A stretch of 64,000 nucleotides of DNA from positions 320,001 through 384,000 of the forward strand of contig JBHLNF010000002.1 of NCBI GenBank assembly GCA_048937405.1, read 5' to 3'. The translations under genes and the position numbers were made by a program. The DNA is from Promethearchaeota archaeon. Lineage in GTDB: Archaea; Asgardarchaeota; Lokiarchaeia; Sigyniarchaeales; SOKP01. Under the pieces are notes generated by a model. The model saw nothing but the letters and a program-made list of their open reading frames with translations, made no database searches and was not told where the DNA came from. Of the stretch, positions 61,381 to 64,000 are shown piece by piece (position 1 is the stretch's first letter; the number at the start of each line of letters is the position of its first letter).

Positions 61381-63462
61381 CTAAGAAATAACACGATACT
61401 CAAATTCCCAGATTTTTTTGACCTGAAGATTATCATTTATAGTATCATAAATTATTGCTCTTTCACTTAATCCTCCTAAATCTTCAGCAATAACTTCGAT
61501 TCCCCAGGTGTCTAATTCTTTTTTTATGGCATCTATGTTTTCTTGATAAGTCATGTCATAATCTAAAAACAATTTTGCTCCACCTACTATAAGAGCCGTG
61601 ATATTAGTATTGTTAGCACCATTATATATCAAATTATTGTATAAATCTTTAACCGAAGTATCTGCAAAGGTATGTGGGAAAAGTAAATGATAACCTTGTT
61701 TTGAAGCGGATGAAGAGGGCAAAGATATATGTGACATTGCGAAAATATTATTAACAGGATCTTTAAGGATAAGAGCAATCCCTGATCCTAATCCATGTAT
61801 AACAAATTTTGTTGCGGTTTCATTTTTATCGAATGAATTTATCAAACCATAATATCCCATTGGAATTATTAATTCTTTACTATTATTTGAATTATAAATA
61901 CGATCTAAACGTTCTTTTCCATATTTTTCAATATCAGTTTTACCAGAAGTAATACTTTTTGATGATCCACCTGCTTGAATTTCTTGAGTTGCTGCTTGTA
62001 TTGTATATTCTCCTACTTGTTTAACACGACGATTCAGTTGATTTTCTTTTTGTTTTACTAATTTTTCTCTTTGCTCTACCTGTTTTGTAAGGCGTTCCAA
62101 AATTTCTACACGGTTTTTGATCTCCGATTCTTTCTTTTTAATTATTTTAGTTAACTTTTTTACTTCATTTCTTTTTTCAATTATGTTATTATATTTTTCA
62201 TCTAAAAAAGCAATCCTTTCTTCAATTATTTTTTCTTGTTCCTCTAGGATTTGCTCTCGTTTTGAAATTTCTTCTTCACGCTTTTTTAATAAAGAATCTA
62301 TTTTTGGTTCTATTGAATGACTGGTCTTAGTTCTCGTCGATTTTTTACTAAATGCATTATGAACTTCAATACCAGTTATTTTAACTTCAGTTTCTATTTT
62401 TTGAGGTTCAATCTGATCTTGATTCTCTTTTTCTGGTTCAATTAGATTTTTTCTTGGTTCTTCTTTTAAAGTCGCTTTACTACTTGGAGTTTTTTTAAGT
62501 TTTTCACTTATATTTGATTTCTCCTGAACCCTTTTTGATTTAATTTCGACAGGCTTAGACGTATCCTTAAATGGATGGATTTTCCTCTCATGTTTTTTTC
62601 TTATAGATTCGCTAAATAGAGTACAAACCTGATTTTTATAGAGATTTTTAAGAGAAGCTATGTTTTTAATATAAAAACGTTCTCTCATATTGATTGGTTG
62701 AAAAATATTAGTTTTATGAGGTAATGTTTCTGATCCACCCAAAATTAATAAGCCCCCATCATAGAGATGTGATTCTAAAGTAGTTAAGAGTTTTTCTCTG
62801 GCAAATTGATTAATATATATGAAAAAATTTCTACAGAAAATAACATCATATTTATAATTCTTTTTATGACCTTTGATTATATCCTCTTGGATAAATTCTA
62901 CATTATCTTTAATTTCTTGACTTAAAATATATTTAGGTCCAAGTTCAGTATCTTTTTTTGTAAAATAAGTATCTAGATAAAATTTTGGCATTTCATGTAC
63001 AGGATATTCTCCATATATTCCTTTAACTGCTACTCTGAGAGCAGCAGGATCAATATCAGAACCAATAATCTCAAAATCAGGAAAATATTTATCCTTTTTT
63101 TTTAATTTATCTAAAATCATTGCAATTGAATAAGGTTCATCTCCAGTAGCACAAGGAGCTGACCAAATACACAGTTTTTTTTTACTACGATTAACATAAA
63201 TATTAATAAATTTCTCAAAATTCTTATAAACACTGTTATTTCTAAAAAAATAGGTGTAATTGATAGTGAATTTGTCTAAAAATAAGTCAATCTCAACTGG
63301 ATGTCTACGAATGTAGCTAACATAATCTTGATAATAGTCAAGATTTAGATTTTTCATTCTAAAATTAATTCGTTTCTCAAGGAATTTTCGTTGGTAATGA
63401 TCAAATTTCATTCCTGTGGCATTTTTTAACTCTTCTATTAATGCTTCTATTGATGATGCTAT
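61381..63462 (-). CDS. CheR methyltransferase, coiled coil, CheD-like fusion protein
   Basis: TINYTYFFRN, IWSAPCATGDEPYSIAM and DVIFCRN (CheR); GLGSG...HISLP...GGAKLF...AEDLGG (CheD); probable ATA start at 63462. Confidence 0.85.
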   Translation of the reverse strand: MASSIEALIEELKNATGMKFDHYQRKFLEKRINFRMKNLNLDYYQDYVSYIRRHPVEIDLFLDKFTINYTYFFRNNSVYKNFEKFINIYVNRSKKKLCIWSAPCATGDEPYSIAMILDKLKKKDKYFPDFEIIGSDIDPAALRVAVKGIYGEYPVHEMPKFYLDTYFTKKDTELGPKYILSQEIKDNVEFIQEDIIKGHKKNYKYDVIFCRNFFIYINQFAREKLLTTLESHLYDGGLLILGGSETLPHKTNIFQPINMRERFYIKNIASLKNLYKNQVCTLFSESIRKKHERKIHPFKDTSKPVEIKSKRVQEKSNISEKLKKTPSSKATLKEEPRKNLIEPEKENQDQIEPQKIETEVKITGIEVHNAFSKKSTRTKTSHSIEPKIDSLLKKREEEISKREQILEEQEKIIEERIAFLDEKYNNIIEKRNEVKKLTKIIKKKESEIKNRVEILERLTKQVEQREKLVKQKENQLNRRVKQVGEYTIQAATQEIQAGGSSKSITSGKTDIEKYGKERLDRIYNSNNSKELIIPMGYYGLINSFDKNETATKFVIHGLGSGIALILKDPVNNIFAMSHISLPSSSASKQGYHLLFPHTFADTSVKDLYNNLIYNGANNTNITALIVGGAKLFLDYDMTYQENIDAIKKELDTWGIEVIAEDLGGLSERAIIYDTINDNLQVKKIWEFEYRVIS

Positions 63463-63618
63463 TTTCTACACCAAAACTCCTATTATTATGATTTTTTACA
63501 CTAATATATATAGAAAATTACTATATTAATATTCATATCCTTTATTTTATAATGTGATTGATAACCACACATAATATATTGTAGTAAAAATGCACATAAA
63601 TTAGCTAAATCAGTTGAA

Positions 63619-64000
63619 TCAGTTCAATCTGATGAAGCCCATTTTAATGAGATTTTTACAGACATTATACACTTGATTTTGATTTAGATTTAAATTATTT
63701 GCAATTTGATCAATAGTTTTTTCTCCATTTATTTGATTATATACTTTACAAGAACTATCTCCTGTCAAGTAATACTTGGGATTAATTTTTTTGGAGGTTG
63801 TGAAGATTGGAATGAATTTATAATAATCTGGATTTTCTTCTGTATCTTTTATTTCTTTTTTTGGTTCTGAAGGTTTTATATCATCTTCTATAAAACTATT
63901 AAAAAATTCTAAAATTCTATCATTCTCCTTATCTTGATTCTTTTTATCTTCATTTTTGAGGATCAATTTTAAAATTTCTTCGAAATTCTTAAAAGAGTTT
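63619..64000 (-). CDS. C-terminal part of a protein ending in a wHTH (runs off the window)
   Basis: Frame open to the window edge; INGEKTIDQIA...CKNLIKMGFI. Confidence 0.6.
   Translation of the reverse strand, partial: NSFKNFEEILKLILKNEDKKNQDKENDRILEFFNSFIEDDIKPSEPKKEIKDTEENPDYYKFIPIFTTSKKINPKYYLTGDSSCKVYNQINGEKTIDQIANNLNLNQNQVYNVCKNLIKMGFIRLN

Noticed and set aside
1-64000. tRNA, rRNA, transposase or integrase genes
   Set aside because: None recognised by eye; a tRNAscan-SE and HMM search would be needed to exclude divergent ones.

Overview
AT-rich archaeal DNA, most likely Asgard (Lokiarchaeia/Promethearchaeia). Support: group II chaperonin, eL38 and eL40, archaeal ThrRS and AspRS, Alba, RbkR/RibL, plus Rab-like and Arf/Rag-like GTPases, a longin-like protein, a JAMM protein and Loki-CTERM-like tails. 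The window has two parts. (1) About 1-24.9 kb is an accessory island of unrelated short genes (GNATs, methyltransferase, MBL hydrolase, duplicated radical SAM, GrpB, acyltransferase, kinase, secreted proteins, gene debris). I found 12 copies of a palindromic intergenic repeat here (core AATTTTCATTGAAATCAGACTCTGAATTT) and none in the housekeeping part. In 8 of 11 intervals the repeats bracket exactly one gene. This looks like an integron-like gene-cassette array built on a non-attC site, with no integrase in view. It is the main candidate for an undescribed system. (2) About 25-64 kb is mostly housekeeping DNA. It also holds a candidate ~450-nt structured ncRNA with its own TATA box and terminator, a catalytically degenerate archaeosortase-like fusion, a CheR-coiled coil-pseudoCheD fusion, apparent AUA/AUU start codons, and a gene flanked by ~90-bp direct repeats. 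Everything was read by eye; no database searches were run.
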